Of a stretch of 64,000 nt of DNA, positions 43,775-54,280 are shown in pieces (within the stretch, counting starts at the first letter, position 1; every line of letters starts with the position of its first letter). The notes under the pieces are model-generated. The model had not been told where the DNA came from and searched no databases. It saw nothing but the letters and a program-made list of their open reading frames with translations. The stretch is from an uncultured delta proteobacterium (lineage in GTDB: Bacteria; Myxococcota_A; Polyangia; Haliangiales; Haliangiaceae): the NCBI GenBank assembly GCA_963848295.1, contig CAWKDB010000010.1, positions 4,416,001-4,480,000 of the forward strand. Reading direction: 5' to 3'. A program made the position numbers and the translations under genes.

Positions 43775-44617
43775 TCAGCTCGCTTGCTTCTCGAGCATGA
43801 GAATCTCGGCCTTCGTGAGCGGGAACTCGATCCCGTGCGCACGAAATGCTCGATCGATCGCGAACCGGAGCTTGCTCGACACCGTCGCTTCGTCGCGCGC
43901 TTCGGCGATCCACACGACGAGCGCGAGCTCGATCGCGGAATCGCCGAACCCCTGATGGCGAACCTCGGCGGCGGGCTCGTGGATCACGCCGGGCTCGGCG
44001 GCCGCGACATCGCTCAACACCCCGCTCACTTCGTCGAGATCGGCGTCGTAGCCGACCGGCACCGAGATCCAGATCCGCTGCGACGACGTCGGCACGGTGT
44101 GGTTGATCACCGTCGCCGAGATCAGATTCGCGTTCGGCACGATGACGGTGACGCCGTCGCGCGACAGCACGCGGGTCGCGCGCAAGCCGATGTCTTCGAC
44201 CGTGCCGAGCACGCCGCCGACGTTGATGAAGTCGCCCGAGCGCACCGGGCGTTCGATCAGCAGCAACAGGCCGGAGATGAAGTTCTCGGCGAGCTTCTGC
44301 AAGCCGAAGCCGATGCCGACGAGCAACACCGCGCCGCCCGCCATGATCGCACTGGTGTCGACGCCCATCGTCCCGAGCGCGACGAACGCGCCGATCGTGA
44401 CGATCACGTAGCGCGTGATCTTGCCCACCGCGTGGCGCATCCCGCGATCGAGCCCGCGCGCATCGAGCACGCGTTCGACGCTCCGGCCGATGACGGCCGC
44501 GGCGATCCGCGCGACCACGACGATCGCGACCGCGGCGACGACGGTGAGCGTCGTCACCGGCGTGCCCCCTAGCACGAGGAACGGCGTCCGGAGGTACTGG
44601 AGAATCGTGTCGAGCAT
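43775..44617 (-). CDS. mscS: Small-conductance mechanosensitive channel
   Basis: VGIGFGLQKLAENFISGLLLLIERPVRSGD, IGLRAT, VPN and GIEFP. Confidence 0.92.
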   Translation of the reverse strand: MLDTILQYLRTPFLVLGGTPVTTLTVVAAVAIVVVARIAAAVIGRSVERVLDARGLDRGMRHAVGKITRYVIVTIGAFVALGTMGVDTSAIMAGGAVLLVGIGFGLQKLAENFISGLLLLIERPVRSGDFINVGGVLGTVEDIGLRATRVLSRDGVTVIVPNANLISATVINHTVPTSSQRIWISVPVGYDADLDEVSGVLSDVAAAEPGVIHEPAAEVRHQGFGDSAIELALVVWIAEARDEATVSSKLRFAIDRAFRAHGIEFPLTKAEILMLEKQAS

Positions 44618-44667
44618 GGCGAGCCGACGGTACTGCGCGTCCGACGTCTCGTGGTAGTACGCGGACC

Positions 44668-46716
44668 ATGACTCGACCGACTTCGCTCGTGTTCGCCCTG
44701 CTCGTCGCCACGTCCGCGGGCACGGTCGCCGCCGCGCCGAACAAGGGGCTCACGATCGAGGACATGCTCGCGATGCAGCGGGTGAGCTATCCCGCGGTGT
44801 CGCCGGACGCCAGGCGCGTCGTGTTCGTGGTGCGGGACACCGACTACGATGCCAACCGGGGGCGGAGTCACCTGTGGCTCGCGGCCAGCGACGGCAGCTC
44901 GATCCTGAAGCTGACCGACAACCCCGAGAACGACAGCGACCCGACGTGGTCGCGCGATGGCCGGTGGATCTACTTCATGTCGTGGCGCAGCGGCTCGGGC
45001 CAGGTGTGGCGGATCTCGCCTGATGGCGGCGAGGCCGAGCAGGTCACGAAGCTCCCGATCGACATCAACGGCTTCAAGCTCGTCGGCGACGGCAAGCGGC
45101 TGATCCTCGCGGCCGACGTCTGGCCCGAGGCGAGGTCGCTCGCGGAGTCGGTCAAGCGCGACGAGGCTCGCGCGAAGTCGAAGGTCAAGGCCCAGATCTA
45201 CGACCACCTGTTGTTCCGCCACTGGGATCAGTGGGAAGACGGCAAGTTCTCTCACCTGTTCGCGTGGTCGGACGCGACGCCCGCCGAGGCGCGCGACCTG
45301 ACGCCGGGCATGCTCACCGACACGCCCGAGCATCCGTTCGGCGGGATGGAAGAGATCGACGTCTCGCCCGATGGCACGAAGGTCGCGTATGTCGCGCGCG
45401 TCGTCAGCCGGGACCTGGCGTGGCAGACCAACACCGACGTGTTCTTGACCTCGACCGACGGCCGCAGCAGGCCGGTCGACCTGACCGTGGACAACAAGGC
45501 GTACGACTTCGAGCCGGCGTTCTCGCCGGACGGACGCTCGCTCGCGCTGCGCCGGATGATGCGGCCCGGGTTCGAGTCCGATCGCACGCGCATCGCGGTG
45601 ATCGATCTCGCGACGCGCAAGGAGCGCATCGTGACCGAAGCGTGGGATCGCTCGCCGAGCTCGCTGACGTGGAGCAACGACGGCCGGACGATCTACACGT
45701 CGGCGGATAACTTCGGCAACGAGGCGCTGTTCGCGGTCGATCTGGCGTCGGGTGCGGCGAAGCTGCTCGTCGAGAAAGGCACGAACAACTCGCCGCGCAT
45801 CGCGGGCGATCGCCTCGTGTTCTCGCGCGACACGCTGCGCATGCCGGCCGAGCTGTTCAGCGTCAAGCTCGACGGCAGCGATCTGCGCCAGCTCACGCAC
45901 CTCAACGACGCGCGGGTCAAGGCGATCGCGTGGGGCGACTACGAGCAGTTTTCGTTCAAGGGCGCGAAGGGCGACACGGTCTATGGCTACGTGATGAAGC
46001 CGGCGAACTTCACCGGCCGCAAGGTGCCGGTCGCGTTCCTCATCCATGGCGGGCCGCAGGGCAGCTTCGGCGATCACTTTCACTATCGCTGGAACCCCGA
46101 GGTGTTCGCCGGCCACGGCTACGGCGCGGTGTTCATCGACTTCCACGGCTCGACCGGGTATGGCCAGGCGTTCACGGATGCGATCCGCAACGACTGGGGT
46201 GGGGCGCCGTACGACGATCTGATGATCGGGCTCGACGCCGCGCTCGCGAAGTACCCGTGGCTCGATGGCTCGCGCGCCGCGGCGCTCGGCGCGTCGTTCG
46301 GCGGCTACATGATCAACTACATCAACGGCAAGACCGATCGATTCAAGGCGCTGGTCGTCCACGACGGCAACCTCGACGAACGGATGGCGTACTTCGAGAC
46401 CGAGGAGCTGTGGTTTCCCGAGTGGGAGCATGGCGGCACGCCGTGGGACAAGCCCGAAGGCTTCACGAAGCACAGCCCGATCGAGCTCGTGAAGAACTGG
46501 AAGACCCCGACGCTCGTGATCCACGGCGGGCTCGATTACCGGATCGCCGACTCGCAAGGCATGGCGACGTTCACCGCGTTGCAACGCAAGGGCATCCCGA
46601 GCCGGTTCATCCACTTCCCCGACGAGAACCATTGGGTCCGGAAGCCGCAGAACTCCAAGCTCTGGCACGACGAAGTGTTCGCGTGGATCGATCGATGGAC
46701 CGGCACCAAGCGATGA
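44668..46716 (+). CDS. S9 family peptidase (dipeptidyl-peptidase 5-like)
   Basis: Signal peptide, PD40-type repeats, IHGGPQG, GASFGG nucleophile, DYR and ENHW. Confidence 0.93.
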   Translation: MTRPTSLVFALLVATSAGTVAAAPNKGLTIEDMLAMQRVSYPAVSPDARRVVFVVRDTDYDANRGRSHLWLAASDGSSILKLTDNPENDSDPTWSRDGRWIYFMSWRSGSGQVWRISPDGGEAEQVTKLPIDINGFKLVGDGKRLILAADVWPEARSLAESVKRDEARAKSKVKAQIYDHLLFRHWDQWEDGKFSHLFAWSDATPAEARDLTPGMLTDTPEHPFGGMEEIDVSPDGTKVAYVARVVSRDLAWQTNTDVFLTSTDGRSRPVDLTVDNKAYDFEPAFSPDGRSLALRRMMRPGFESDRTRIAVIDLATRKERIVTEAWDRSPSSLTWSNDGRTIYTSADNFGNEALFAVDLASGAAKLLVEKGTNNSPRIAGDRLVFSRDTLRMPAELFSVKLDGSDLRQLTHLNDARVKAIAWGDYEQFSFKGAKGDTVYGYVMKPANFTGRKVPVAFLIHGGPQGSFGDHFHYRWNPEVFAGHGYGAVFIDFHGSTGYGQAFTDAIRNDWGGAPYDDLMIGLDAALAKYPWLDGSRAAALGASFGGYMINYINGKTDRFKALVVHDGNLDERMAYFETEELWFPEWEHGGTPWDKPEGFTKHSPIELVKNWKTPTLVIHGGLDYRIADSQGMATFTALQRKGIPSRFIHFPDENHWVRKPQNSKLWHDEVFAWIDRWTGTKR

Positions 46717-47228
46717 GCCATCTCGACGAACCGGCGTTCGAACGCGCGATCGCGAGCTGCGCGAAGTGCCACGGCACGACGTTCGATGTAGCGACGTACG
46801 TCGATCGCCATCTCCCGGTGATGCTCGGCGAGCGCAACAACGACGGCCGCTGGGCCCACGATGGCGAGAAGCTGATCGATGGCGTCTATCGCATCACGTG
46901 TGTCGCGTGTGGCGCCACCGCGTACGACTCGCCGGATTGCCCGCGTTGCCACCGCGCCGGCGCGCTCGCCGAGGCGCTCGACACCGAGTCGCGGCTCGTC
47001 GTGCCGAAGCGCTGCCCGACGTGCAAGGGCACCGAGGTCGGGGTCGTCGGCTTCGCACCCGCGACGGTACGCACCGGCGCGGGCAAACCCTCGCCGTCGC
47101 CGAACGCGTTGCTCGGCGAGGTCGGATTTCACGTCATCGCGATCGCGTGCGACAGCTGCGACTGGGCGATCGTCGCCGATGGTTGCCCGTTGTGCGGCAA
47201 GGCGCCGCCGCTCCGCCCGCGACCGTAG
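46713..47228 (+). CDS. 171-aa protein with six CxxC pairs (duplicated zinc-ribbon module)
   Basis: CAKC, CVAC, CPRC, CPTC, CDSC, CPLC; ATG overlaps the S9 stop. Confidence 0.75.
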   Translation: MSHLDEPAFERAIASCAKCHGTTFDVATYVDRHLPVMLGERNNDGRWAHDGEKLIDGVYRITCVACGATAYDSPDCPRCHRAGALAEALDTESRLVVPKRCPTCKGTEVGVVGFAPATVRTGAGKPSPSPNALLGEVGFHVIAIACDSCDWAIVADGCPLCGKAPPLRPRP

Positions 47229-47230
47229 CT

Positions 47231-48097
47231 CTACTGCTTTCCGCCGGCCGTCGAGTACAGCGCCGGTGTCGGCTGCGGCGCGCTGTCGGCGCGCGCGAAC
47301 GCCTCGGCGTCCGACGGAAACGTCCCGCCGCGCACTTCGGTCACGTACTGGCCGACCGCGTCCTTGATCGTCGTGCCGAGCGTCGCGAACCGGCGCACGA
47401 ACCGCGGCTTGAACGCTTCGTTCATGCCGAGCATGTCGTACGACACGAGCACCTGGCCGTCGCACGCCGCGCCCGCGCCGATGCCGATCGTCGGCACCGA
47501 CACCGACTCGGTGATCTCGCGCGCGATGTCACTCGGGATCGCCTCGAGCACGATCGCGTAGGCGCCGGCCGCTTCGAGCGCGAGCGCATCCGCGATCAGC
47601 CGCTGCCGTCCGCCCGCTTCACGGCCCTGGACCTTGAAGCCGCCGAGCTGATGCACCGACTGCGGGGTCAGGCCGATGTGGCCCATCACCGGGATGCCGG
47701 CCGCGACGAGCCGGGCCACGAGCTCGGCGTGAACCGCGCCGCCCTCGAGCTTGACCGAGTGGCAGCCGCCTTCCTTGATCAGCTTGCCGGCGTTCGCGAT
47801 GCCTTGCTCGATCGACGTCTGATACGTCATGAACGGCATGTCGCCGACGACGTGTGCCCGGGTCGTGCCGCGCACCACCGCGCGACAGTGATAGGCCATC
47901 TCGTCGAGCGTGACCGGCAACGTGGTGTCGTGGCCTTGCACGACCATGCCGAGCGAATCGCCGACGAGCAGGACGTCGGCTCCGGCCTCGTCGAACAGCC
48001 GCGCGAACGTCGCGTCGTACGCGGTCAGGACGGCGATCTTCTCGCCGCGCTCTTTCATCTGCCGGATGGTGGTGATGGTGACGCGTTGCGCCTTCAT
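47231..48097 (-). CDS. panB: 3-methyl-2-oxobutanoate hydroxymethyltransferase
   Basis: [24 protein letters not shown] and GHIGLTPQ motifs. Confidence 0.96.
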   Translation of the reverse strand: MKAQRVTITTIRQMKERGEKIAVLTAYDATFARLFDEAGADVLLVGDSLGMVVQGHDTTLPVTLDEMAYHCRAVVRGTTRAHVVGDMPFMTYQTSIEQGIANAGKLIKEGGCHSVKLEGGAVHAELVARLVAAGIPVMGHIGLTPQSVHQLGGFKVQGREAGGRQRLIADALALEAAGAYAIVLEAIPSDIAREITESVSVPTIGIGAGAACDGQVLVSYDMLGMNEAFKPRFVRRFATLGTTIKDAVGQYVTEVRGGTFPSDAEAFARADSAPQPTPALYSTAGGKQ

Positions 48098-48127
48098 TCC
48101 GCCCTTCCTTTCATTGTCAGTGATTCG

Positions 48128-48253
48128 GCTTCTCGGTCGCGCGCCGGACCATCCGGCTACACGCTTCGATCGATCACGTAGCCCGACCGTACCACGAGGT
48201 GACGCCACCGGCGCAAGGCGTGAAACTGGTGGGAATCGTTCAGATCCGAGCGG
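48128..48253 (-). ncRNA. Candidate pan RNA motif-like leader stem upstream of panB
   Basis: On the panB sense strand ccgctcggatc can pair with gaccgag (bulged A) across a ~100-nt insert. The resemblance to the pan motif is from recall and not model-verified. Confidence 0.35.
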
Positions 48254-48268
48254 TGGTACGCTGGCGCG

Positions 48269-48529
48269 ATGGCCCTCACCCAGCGCGAGCTCGAGCAGCT
48301 CGAGTGGAAGCTGAAGAAGCGCGGGTTTCGCCGCGACGACGTCCTGCTCCACGAGTGCGAGAGCTGCAAGGAGAAGGCGGTCGCGACCTACGTGATCGCG
48401 GGCAAGAGCGGCGGGCGCGATATCTCGCTGTGTCTGGAGTGCGGCGTGGCGCGGTCGTGGCGCAGCGCCGCCGGCTTGGAATCGCGCGTCGAAGAAGACG
48501 GCTTCGATCTCGGCGCGTTCTTGCGATGA
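48269..48529 (+). CDS. Small zinc-ribbon protein (86 aa)
   Basis: CESC and CLEC pairs; TACGCT box 6 nt upstream; stop overlaps the next ATG. Confidence 0.75.
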   Translation: MALTQRELEQLEWKLKKRGFRRDDVLLHECESCKEKAVATYVIAGKSGGRDISLCLECGVARSWRSAAGLESRVEEDGFDLGAFLR

Positions 48530-49479
48530 GCCCGGCGACCGATCCGCTCAGGGCGAAGCTGTCGGCGCTGCGCACGACGACCTCGCTCGCCGAGGTTCGC
48601 GCGGCGATGACCGCGATGAACGGCATCGTCGTCGCCGCGGCGGCCAAGCGGATCGCGGCCGATGGTCCATTCGCCGCGCTCGCCGAGGAGCTGCCCGCGG
48701 CGTTCGAGCGGTTGCTCGACAAGCCGGTCAAGCGCGATCCGACCTGCGCCGGCAAGATCGCGATCGCGCGCACGCTGTACGATCTCGAGCGCTGGGATCC
48801 GCTGTTCGCGGTCGGCGCGCGCTACGTCCAGCTCGAGCCGGCGTACGGCAAGCCGGTCGACACCGCGGGCGAGCTGCGCGCGATCTGCGGGTTCGCACAC
48901 GCGCACTTCGCACGACCGAACGCGCTCGACGTGCTCGCCGAGCTGCTCGCCGACTCCGAGCTGCAGACGCGAACCGCCGCCGCCCGCGCGCTCGGTGACA
49001 CGGGCCGTGATGGCGCAGCGGCACTGCTCCGCTTCAAGCTGTTGACCGGCGATCTCGACCCCGAGGTGCTCGCCGCGTGTTGCGAGTCAGTGCTGTCGAT
49101 CCAGCAAGCCGATGCGATCGAGCTCGTCGCGCGCATGCTCGAGCGCGCGGATCAGCGCGCCGAGGTGTGCGCGGTCGCGCTCGGGGCTTCGCGGCTCGCC
49201 GCGGCGGTCGCGCCGCTCGTCGCGTATTGCGACAGTGTGTTGCCCGAGACGCGTCGGCGGGTTGCATATCTCGCGCTCGCGCTGACGCGCGCGGAACCAG
49301 CGACCGCGCGGCTGTGCGACGTGATCGCGACCGGCGCCGACGCCGATGCGCTCGCGGCCGCGGGCGCGCTGTCGACGTTTCGCGACATCCCGGCGGTGTG
49401 CGAGCAAGTACGCACCGCGGCGCGCAAGCAGCCGGCGAAGCTCCGCGCGAAGCTCGACGCGTTGATGGCCGGCGGTTAG
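48526..49479 (+). CDS. HEAT-repeat protein
   Basis: Ala/Leu-rich helical repeats ([28 protein letters not shown]). Confidence 0.75.
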   Translation: MSPATDPLRAKLSALRTTTSLAEVRAAMTAMNGIVVAAAAKRIAADGPFAALAEELPAAFERLLDKPVKRDPTCAGKIAIARTLYDLERWDPLFAVGARYVQLEPAYGKPVDTAGELRAICGFAHAHFARPNALDVLAELLADSELQTRTAAARALGDTGRDGAAALLRFKLLTGDLDPEVLAACCESVLSIQQADAIELVARMLERADQRAEVCAVALGASRLAAAVAPLVAYCDSVLPETRRRVAYLALALTRAEPATARLCDVIATGADADALAAAGALSTFRDIPAVCEQVRTAARKQPAKLRAKLDALMAGG

Positions 49480-49515
49480 TCACGCAACGCGCGGCGGCTG
49501 CGATAGCATGGACTC

Positions 49516-50265
49516 ATGTGGGCACGTGGCGTCGTCCTCTGCGTGGTCGGCTGCGGGTTCACCGCGCCAGACTCACCGAACGGCGTCGTCGATGCCCCGG
49601 TCGTCGACAGTCCCGGCGAGTCGGTCGACGCGCCGCCGGATGGCCCACCGATCGCGATCGAGTTCGTCCAGGGCGATGGCACGGTCACGGGCGACGCGTC
49701 GGCGATCGACCTCGACTATCCGATGCCGCAAGTCGCCGGCGATCTCGACCTGATCGCGGTGAACTGGGCGCACGCCGGGACGAGCGTCGGCACCGTGACC
49801 GACACCGCCGGCAACACGTTCACGCTCGTCGGGTCGAAGGTCGTGCAGGGCGACGAGACACTGGCGCTCTACTACGCGACGAAGATCGCGGCCGGCGCCG
49901 ACAAGGTGACGGTGACGTTCAGCGGTGGCAACGGTGGCGCGCCCGAGCTCAAGGTCGCCGAGTATTCGGGAATCGACAGCGCGAATCCGATCGATGTCGT
50001 TGCCGCGAGCTCCGCGCCCAACGGGACCACCGCCGACAGCGGGCCGCTGACCACGACGCACTGGCACGACGTCCTGATCGCGGCGGTCAGCTGCCAGAGC
50101 AGCGTCGCCGGTCACGACGCCGCCTACACGGAAGACGAATTGGTCGCCGGTGACATTCTCGAGCGCCGCGAGGTCACCGCGCTCGGCACGTATCACGCGA
50201 CCGCGCCGCTCGCGGGGAACTTCTTCTGGCTGGCCGAGCTCATCGCGTTTCGCGCGGCGCAGTGA
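49516..50265 (+). CDS. Hypothetical lipoprotein with beta-rich domain
   Basis: VVGC lipobox, DAP-rich linker, VTDTAGNTF and VAEYSGI strands. Confidence 0.7.
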   Translation: MWARGVVLCVVGCGFTAPDSPNGVVDAPVVDSPGESVDAPPDGPPIAIEFVQGDGTVTGDASAIDLDYPMPQVAGDLDLIAVNWAHAGTSVGTVTDTAGNTFTLVGSKVVQGDETLALYYATKIAAGADKVTVTFSGGNGGAPELKVAEYSGIDSANPIDVVAASSAPNGTTADSGPLTTTHWHDVLIAAVSCQSSVAGHDAAYTEDELVAGDILERREVTALGTYHATAPLAGNFFWLAELIAFRAAQ

Positions 50266-50299
50266 CATTGGAGGGTGAAGCGCCTCTCCCTCCTGGCGG

Positions 50300-50527
50300 T
50301 CAGCCTGGCGTCGCGGCGCGCACGGCGGCGACGATGTCACGCGGCTCCGGAAAACGCCCGCCGGTCTTCTCCGCCACCTTGACGCCATCGACCCACACGC
50401 TGAGCTCGCCCGAGCTCCCCACTTCGATCTGCGCGTCGAGCCCGAGCTCCTTCTTGATATGCGCTGCCGCCCGGGCAGCGTGTGGCTTGTAGCCTCAGGA
50501 ATTGCAGTAGCGGATCTTGATCGTCAT
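50300..50527 (-). CDS. Rdx/SelW-like selenoprotein (CxxU), 75 aa
   Basis: MTIKIRYCNS-TGA-GYKPHAARAAAHIKKELGLDAQIEVGSSGELSVWVDGVKVAEKTGGRFPEPRDIVAAVRAATPG; the TGA is codon 11 (50495-50497). Confidence 0.85.
50462..50480 (-). promoter_or_regulatory. Putative bacterial SECIS hairpin
   Basis: cgctgcc-cgggc-ggcagcg: perfect 7-bp stem with G-containing loop starting 14 nt after the UGA. Confidence 0.6.
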
Positions 50528-50587
50528 CTCGATAACTGTAGCAGGCTCGAACCGATCACGGGCTGCAGTCTTGCGGACAGGCGGCCC

Positions 50588-53500
50588 CTAGGACGTGAGG
50601 TTCGACGGGATCATCCGCTCGATCGCGGCGAGCGGCAGCGCGAATCGGCGCGCGTAATCAGCGATCTGATCGCGGCCCAGCCGGCCGATCGCGAAGTACT
50701 TCGAGCCGGGGTGCGCGAAGTAGATGCCGGACACCGACGCCGTCGGATACATCGCGAAGCTCTCGGTCAACGCGACACCATGGTGCGCGGCGTGGCCCAG
50801 CAGCTCGAACAGGAGCTGCTTCGGCGTGTGATCCGGGCACGCGGGATAGCCGAACGCCGGGCGAATGCCGCGATACGCCTCCGCGAGGATCTGCTCGCGG
50901 CTCAACGCCTCGCCGGGATACCACTCGTCGCGCACGCGGTGGTGCAAGTACTCGGCGGCGGCTTCGGCGAGCCGATCGGCGAGGGCCTTGACGATGATCG
51001 CGGAGTAGTCGTCGTTCGCGCGCTCGTACGCGCCGGCGAGCTCGTCGGTGCCGATGCCCGCGGTGACGATGAACCCGCCGAGGTGGTCGCGCGGCACGCC
51101 GTTCGCGAGCGGAGCGATAAAATCTGCGAGCGATAGGCAGACCTCTTTGTCTTCTTGCTGGCGCAACATCGGGAACCGCGCGACCTGCACTGCGCCATCG
51201 GGCGAATACACCGCGATGTCATCTCCGTTCGACGCCGCCGGGAAATAGCCGTAGGTCGCGCGCGCCTGTAGCGATTGGTTCGCGAGGATCTTGCCGAGCA
51301 TGTCCTGCGCGTCGGCGAACAGCTTGCGCGCGGCCTCGCCCTTTTTCGGATCGTCGAGGATCGCGGGATAGCGGCCGGACAGCTCCCACGTGTGGAAGAA
51401 CGGCGACCAGTCGATCCAGGTCGCGAGCTCGGCGACATCGAGCGTGAGGTCGCGGACGCCGGTGAACGGCGGCGTCGGGAGCGACTCGAAGTCGAGCTGC
51501 AAGCGGCGCGCGCGTGCATCCGCGAACGACAACAGCGGGCGCTTCTGCTGTTGCACGAACGCCGCGCGCATCTGTACCTGCTTCGCCTCGACCTCGGCGA
51601 GGTAGGTCGCGCGGTCACTGCCGAGCAGCTTGCCGAGCACGCCGACCGCGAGCGATGCGTCGGGCACGTGGACCGTCGCGCCGTGATAAGCGGGCGCGAT
51701 CTTCACCGCGGTGTGCTTGCCGCTCGTGGTCGCGCCGCCGATCAGCAGCGGCGTCTTCAGTCCGCGCCGCGTCATCTCGTTCGCGACGTTGATCATCTCG
51801 TCGAGCGACGGCGTGATCAGACCCGACAAGCCGATCAGATCCGCGCCGAGCTCGGCCGCGGTGTCGAGGATCTTGTGGCCCGGCACCATCACGCCGAGAT
51901 CGGTGACCTCGTAGCCGTTGCAGCGTAGCACGACGCCGACGATGTTCTTGCCGATGTCGTGAACATCGCCCTTGACCGTCGCGATCACGAGCTTGCCCTT
52001 CGACGACTTGTCGCCGGTGCGCGCCTTCTCCGCGTCCATCAGCGGCTCGAGGATCGCGACCGCCTTCTTCATGACGCGCGCTGACTTCACGACCTGCGGT
52101 AAGAACATCTTGCCGGAGCCGAACAGCTCGCCGACGACGTTCATCCCGTCCATCAACGGCTGCTCGATGATGTCGAGTGGCTTCGCGTAGACGGTCAGCG
52201 CCTCGGCGATGTCGACGTCGATGAAGTCGGTGATGCCGTTGACCAGCGCGTGCGCGAGCCGAGCCGCGAGCGGCGCTTGTCGCCATACGAGCTCGTCTTC
52301 CTTTTTCTCGGTCGCGCCCGCGAACCCCGCGGCGAGCGAGAGCATCCGCTCGGTCGCGTTCGGGCTGCGGTTCAGCACAAGGTCTTCGACCGCCTCGCGC
52401 AGCGTCGGATCGAGCTGCTCGTAGACCGCGAGCTGACCGGCATTGACGATCGCCATGTCGAGGCCGGCCTGGATCGCGTGGTAGAGGAACACCGCGTGCA
52501 TCGCTTCGCGCACGCGCGGCGACGTGCGGAACGCGAACGACAGGTTCGAGACGCCGCCGGAGATCTTCACGCCGGGCAGCGCCGCTTTGATCGCGCGGAT
52601 CGAGGCGATGAAGCTGACCGCGTACGAGTCGTGCTCCTCGATGCCGGTGCCGATCGTGAGGATGTTCGGATCGAAGATGATGTCCTCGGCGGGGAACCCG
52701 ACGGTCTCGGTCAACAGCTTGTAGGCGCGCTTCGCGATCACGAGGCGATGTTCGACCGTCGTGGCCTGGCCGGTCTCGTCGAACGCCATCACGACGACCG
52801 CCGCGCCGAAGCTGCGCACGATCCGCGCCTGGCGCAAGAACTCGGCTTCGCCTTCCTTGAGCGAGATCGAGTTGACGACGCCCTTGCCCTGCAAGCACGC
52901 GAGCCCGGCTTCGATCACGCTGAACTTCGACGAGTCGATCATCACCGGCAGCCGGGCGATGTCCGGCTCCGACGCGATCAAGTTCAGGAATCGCTTCATC
53001 GCGGCGACGCCGTCGAGCATGCCTTCGTCCATGCAGACGTCGAGGATGTTCGCGCCGCCCTCGACTTGCTGGCGCGCGACCGCGACCGCCTCGTCGAACT
53101 TGTCGTCCTTGATCAGCCGGCGAAATGCGGCCGAGCCGGTGACGTTCGTGCGCTCGCCGATGATGATGAAGTTGGACTCCGGAGTGATCGTGAGCGGCTC
53201 GAGCCCGCTCATCCGGGTGAACCGCGGTGGCTTCGCTGGCTTGCGCGGCGCGACGCCGTCGACCGCGGCGCGGATCGCTTTGATGTGCTCGGGCCGCGTG
53301 CCGCAGCAGCCGCCGACGAAGTTGAGCAGGCCTTCGCGCGCGAACGCGCCGAGCACCTTTGCCATGTGCTCGGGCGTGTCGTCGTAACCGCCGAACTCGT
53401 TCGGCAGGCCCGCGTTCGGATAACACGCGGTCGGCAGGCCCGCGATCCGCGACATCTCGGCGACGTGCGGCCGCATATCGTCGGCGCCGAGCGCGCAGTT

Positions 53501-54229
53501 GATGCTGACCGCGAGCAGCTTCGCGTGGCTGATCGAGTTGTAGAACGCCTCGATCGTCTGACCCGACAGCGTGCGGCCCGAGCGATCCGGGATCGTCACC
53601 GACGCGATCACCGGCACGCGCCGCACGCCGCGCGCGAACAGCTGCTCGATCGCGTACAGCGCCGCCTTGCAGTTCAGCGTGTCGATGTGGGTCTCGGTCA
53701 GGATCAGATCGACGCCGCCCTCGATCAGCGCCTCGGCTTGCTCGCCGAACATCGCGGCGAGCTCGTGAAACGTCACCGCGCGCGCGCCAGGGTCGTTGAC
53801 ATCGGGCGACAGCGACGCGGACTTCGTCGTCGGGCCGATCGAGCCCGCGACCCAACGCGGCCGGCCATCTTCGCGCTCGGCGCGGTCGCACGCCCGGCGC
53901 GCGATGTGCGCGGCGGCGAGGTTGATCTCTCGCACCTTGCCGGCGAGCCCGAAGTCGGCGAGCGCGACCGAGGTCGCGGTGAACGTATCGGTCTCGATGA
54001 TGTCGGTGCCGGCGCGCAGGAACGCGAGGTGGATGTCCTCGATGATCTCCGGCCGGCTCAGCACGAGCGCATCGCCGCAGCCCTTGATCGAGTCGGGGTG
54101 GTCCTTGAAGTAGTCGCCGCGCCACGCCGCTTCGTCCGCGAGCCCGGCGGCCTGGATCATCGTGCCCATCGCGCCATCGAGCACGGCGATCCGTCGCTGC
54201 AACAGCTCGGTGAGGCGATCCGCGGACAT
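50588..54229 (-). CDS. metH: Cobalamin-dependent methionine synthase
   Basis: [36 protein letters not shown] (B12-binding) and [12 protein letters not shown]. Confidence 0.97.
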   Translation of the reverse strand: MSADRLTELLQRRIAVLDGAMGTMIQAAGLADEAAWRGDYFKDHPDSIKGCGDALVLSRPEIIEDIHLAFLRAGTDIIETDTFTATSVALADFGLAGKVREINLAAAHIARRACDRAEREDGRPRWVAGSIGPTTKSASLSPDVNDPGARAVTFHELAAMFGEQAEALIEGGVDLILTETHIDTLNCKAALYAIEQLFARGVRRVPVIASVTIPDRSGRTLSGQTIEAFYNSISHAKLLAVSINCALGADDMRPHVAEMSRIAGLPTACYPNAGLPNEFGGYDDTPEHMAKVLGAFAREGLLNFVGGCCGTRPEHIKAIRAAVDGVAPRKPAKPPRFTRMSGLEPLTITPESNFIIIGERTNVTGSAAFRRLIKDDKFDEAVAVARQQVEGGANILDVCMDEGMLDGVAAMKRFLNLIASEPDIARLPVMIDSSKFSVIEAGLACLQGKGVVNSISLKEGEAEFLRQARIVRSFGAAVVVMAFDETGQATTVEHRLVIAKRAYKLLTETVGFPAEDIIFDPNILTIGTGIEEHDSYAVSFIASIRAIKAALPGVKISGGVSNLSFAFRTSPRVREAMHAVFLYHAIQAGLDMAIVNAGQLAVYEQLDPTLREAVEDLVLNRSPNATERMLSLAAGFAGATEKKEDELVWRQAPLAARLAHALVNGITDFIDVDIAEALTVYAKPLDIIEQPLMDGMNVVGELFGSGKMFLPQVVKSARVMKKAVAILEPLMDAEKARTGDKSSKGKLVIATVKGDVHDIGKNIVGVVLRCNGYEVTDLGVMVPGHKILDTAAELGADLIGLSGLITPSLDEMINVANEMTRRGLKTPLLIGGATTSGKHTAVKIAPAYHGATVHVPDASLAVGVLGKLLGSDRATYLAEVEAKQVQMRAAFVQQQKRPLLSFADARARRLQLDFESLPTPPFTGVRDLTLDVAELATWIDWSPFFHTWELSGRYPAILDDPKKGEAARKLFADAQDMLGKILANQSLQARATYGYFPAASNGDDIAVYSPDGAVQVARFPMLRQQEDKEVCLSLADFIAPLANGVPRDHLGGFIVTAGIGTDELAGAYERANDDYSAIIVKALADRLAEAAAEYLHHRVRDEWYPGEALSREQILAEAYRGIRPAFGYPACPDHTPKQLLFELLGHAAHHGVALTESFAMYPTASVSGIYFAHPGSKYFAIGRLGRDQIADYARRFALPLAAIERMIPSNLTS

Positions 54230-54280
54230 CAGGCGTACTTACCACGCCGTTATCGCGGACACACGTCTAGTGCTACGGGC

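Noticed and set aside
46713..47228. c-type cytochrome (two CxxCH motifs)
   Set aside because: No signal peptide, and four further CxxC pairs without His indicate zinc ribbons.
50262..50492. 76-aa plus-strand ORF
   Set aside because: Antisense to the selenoprotein gene, which has recognisable family motifs.
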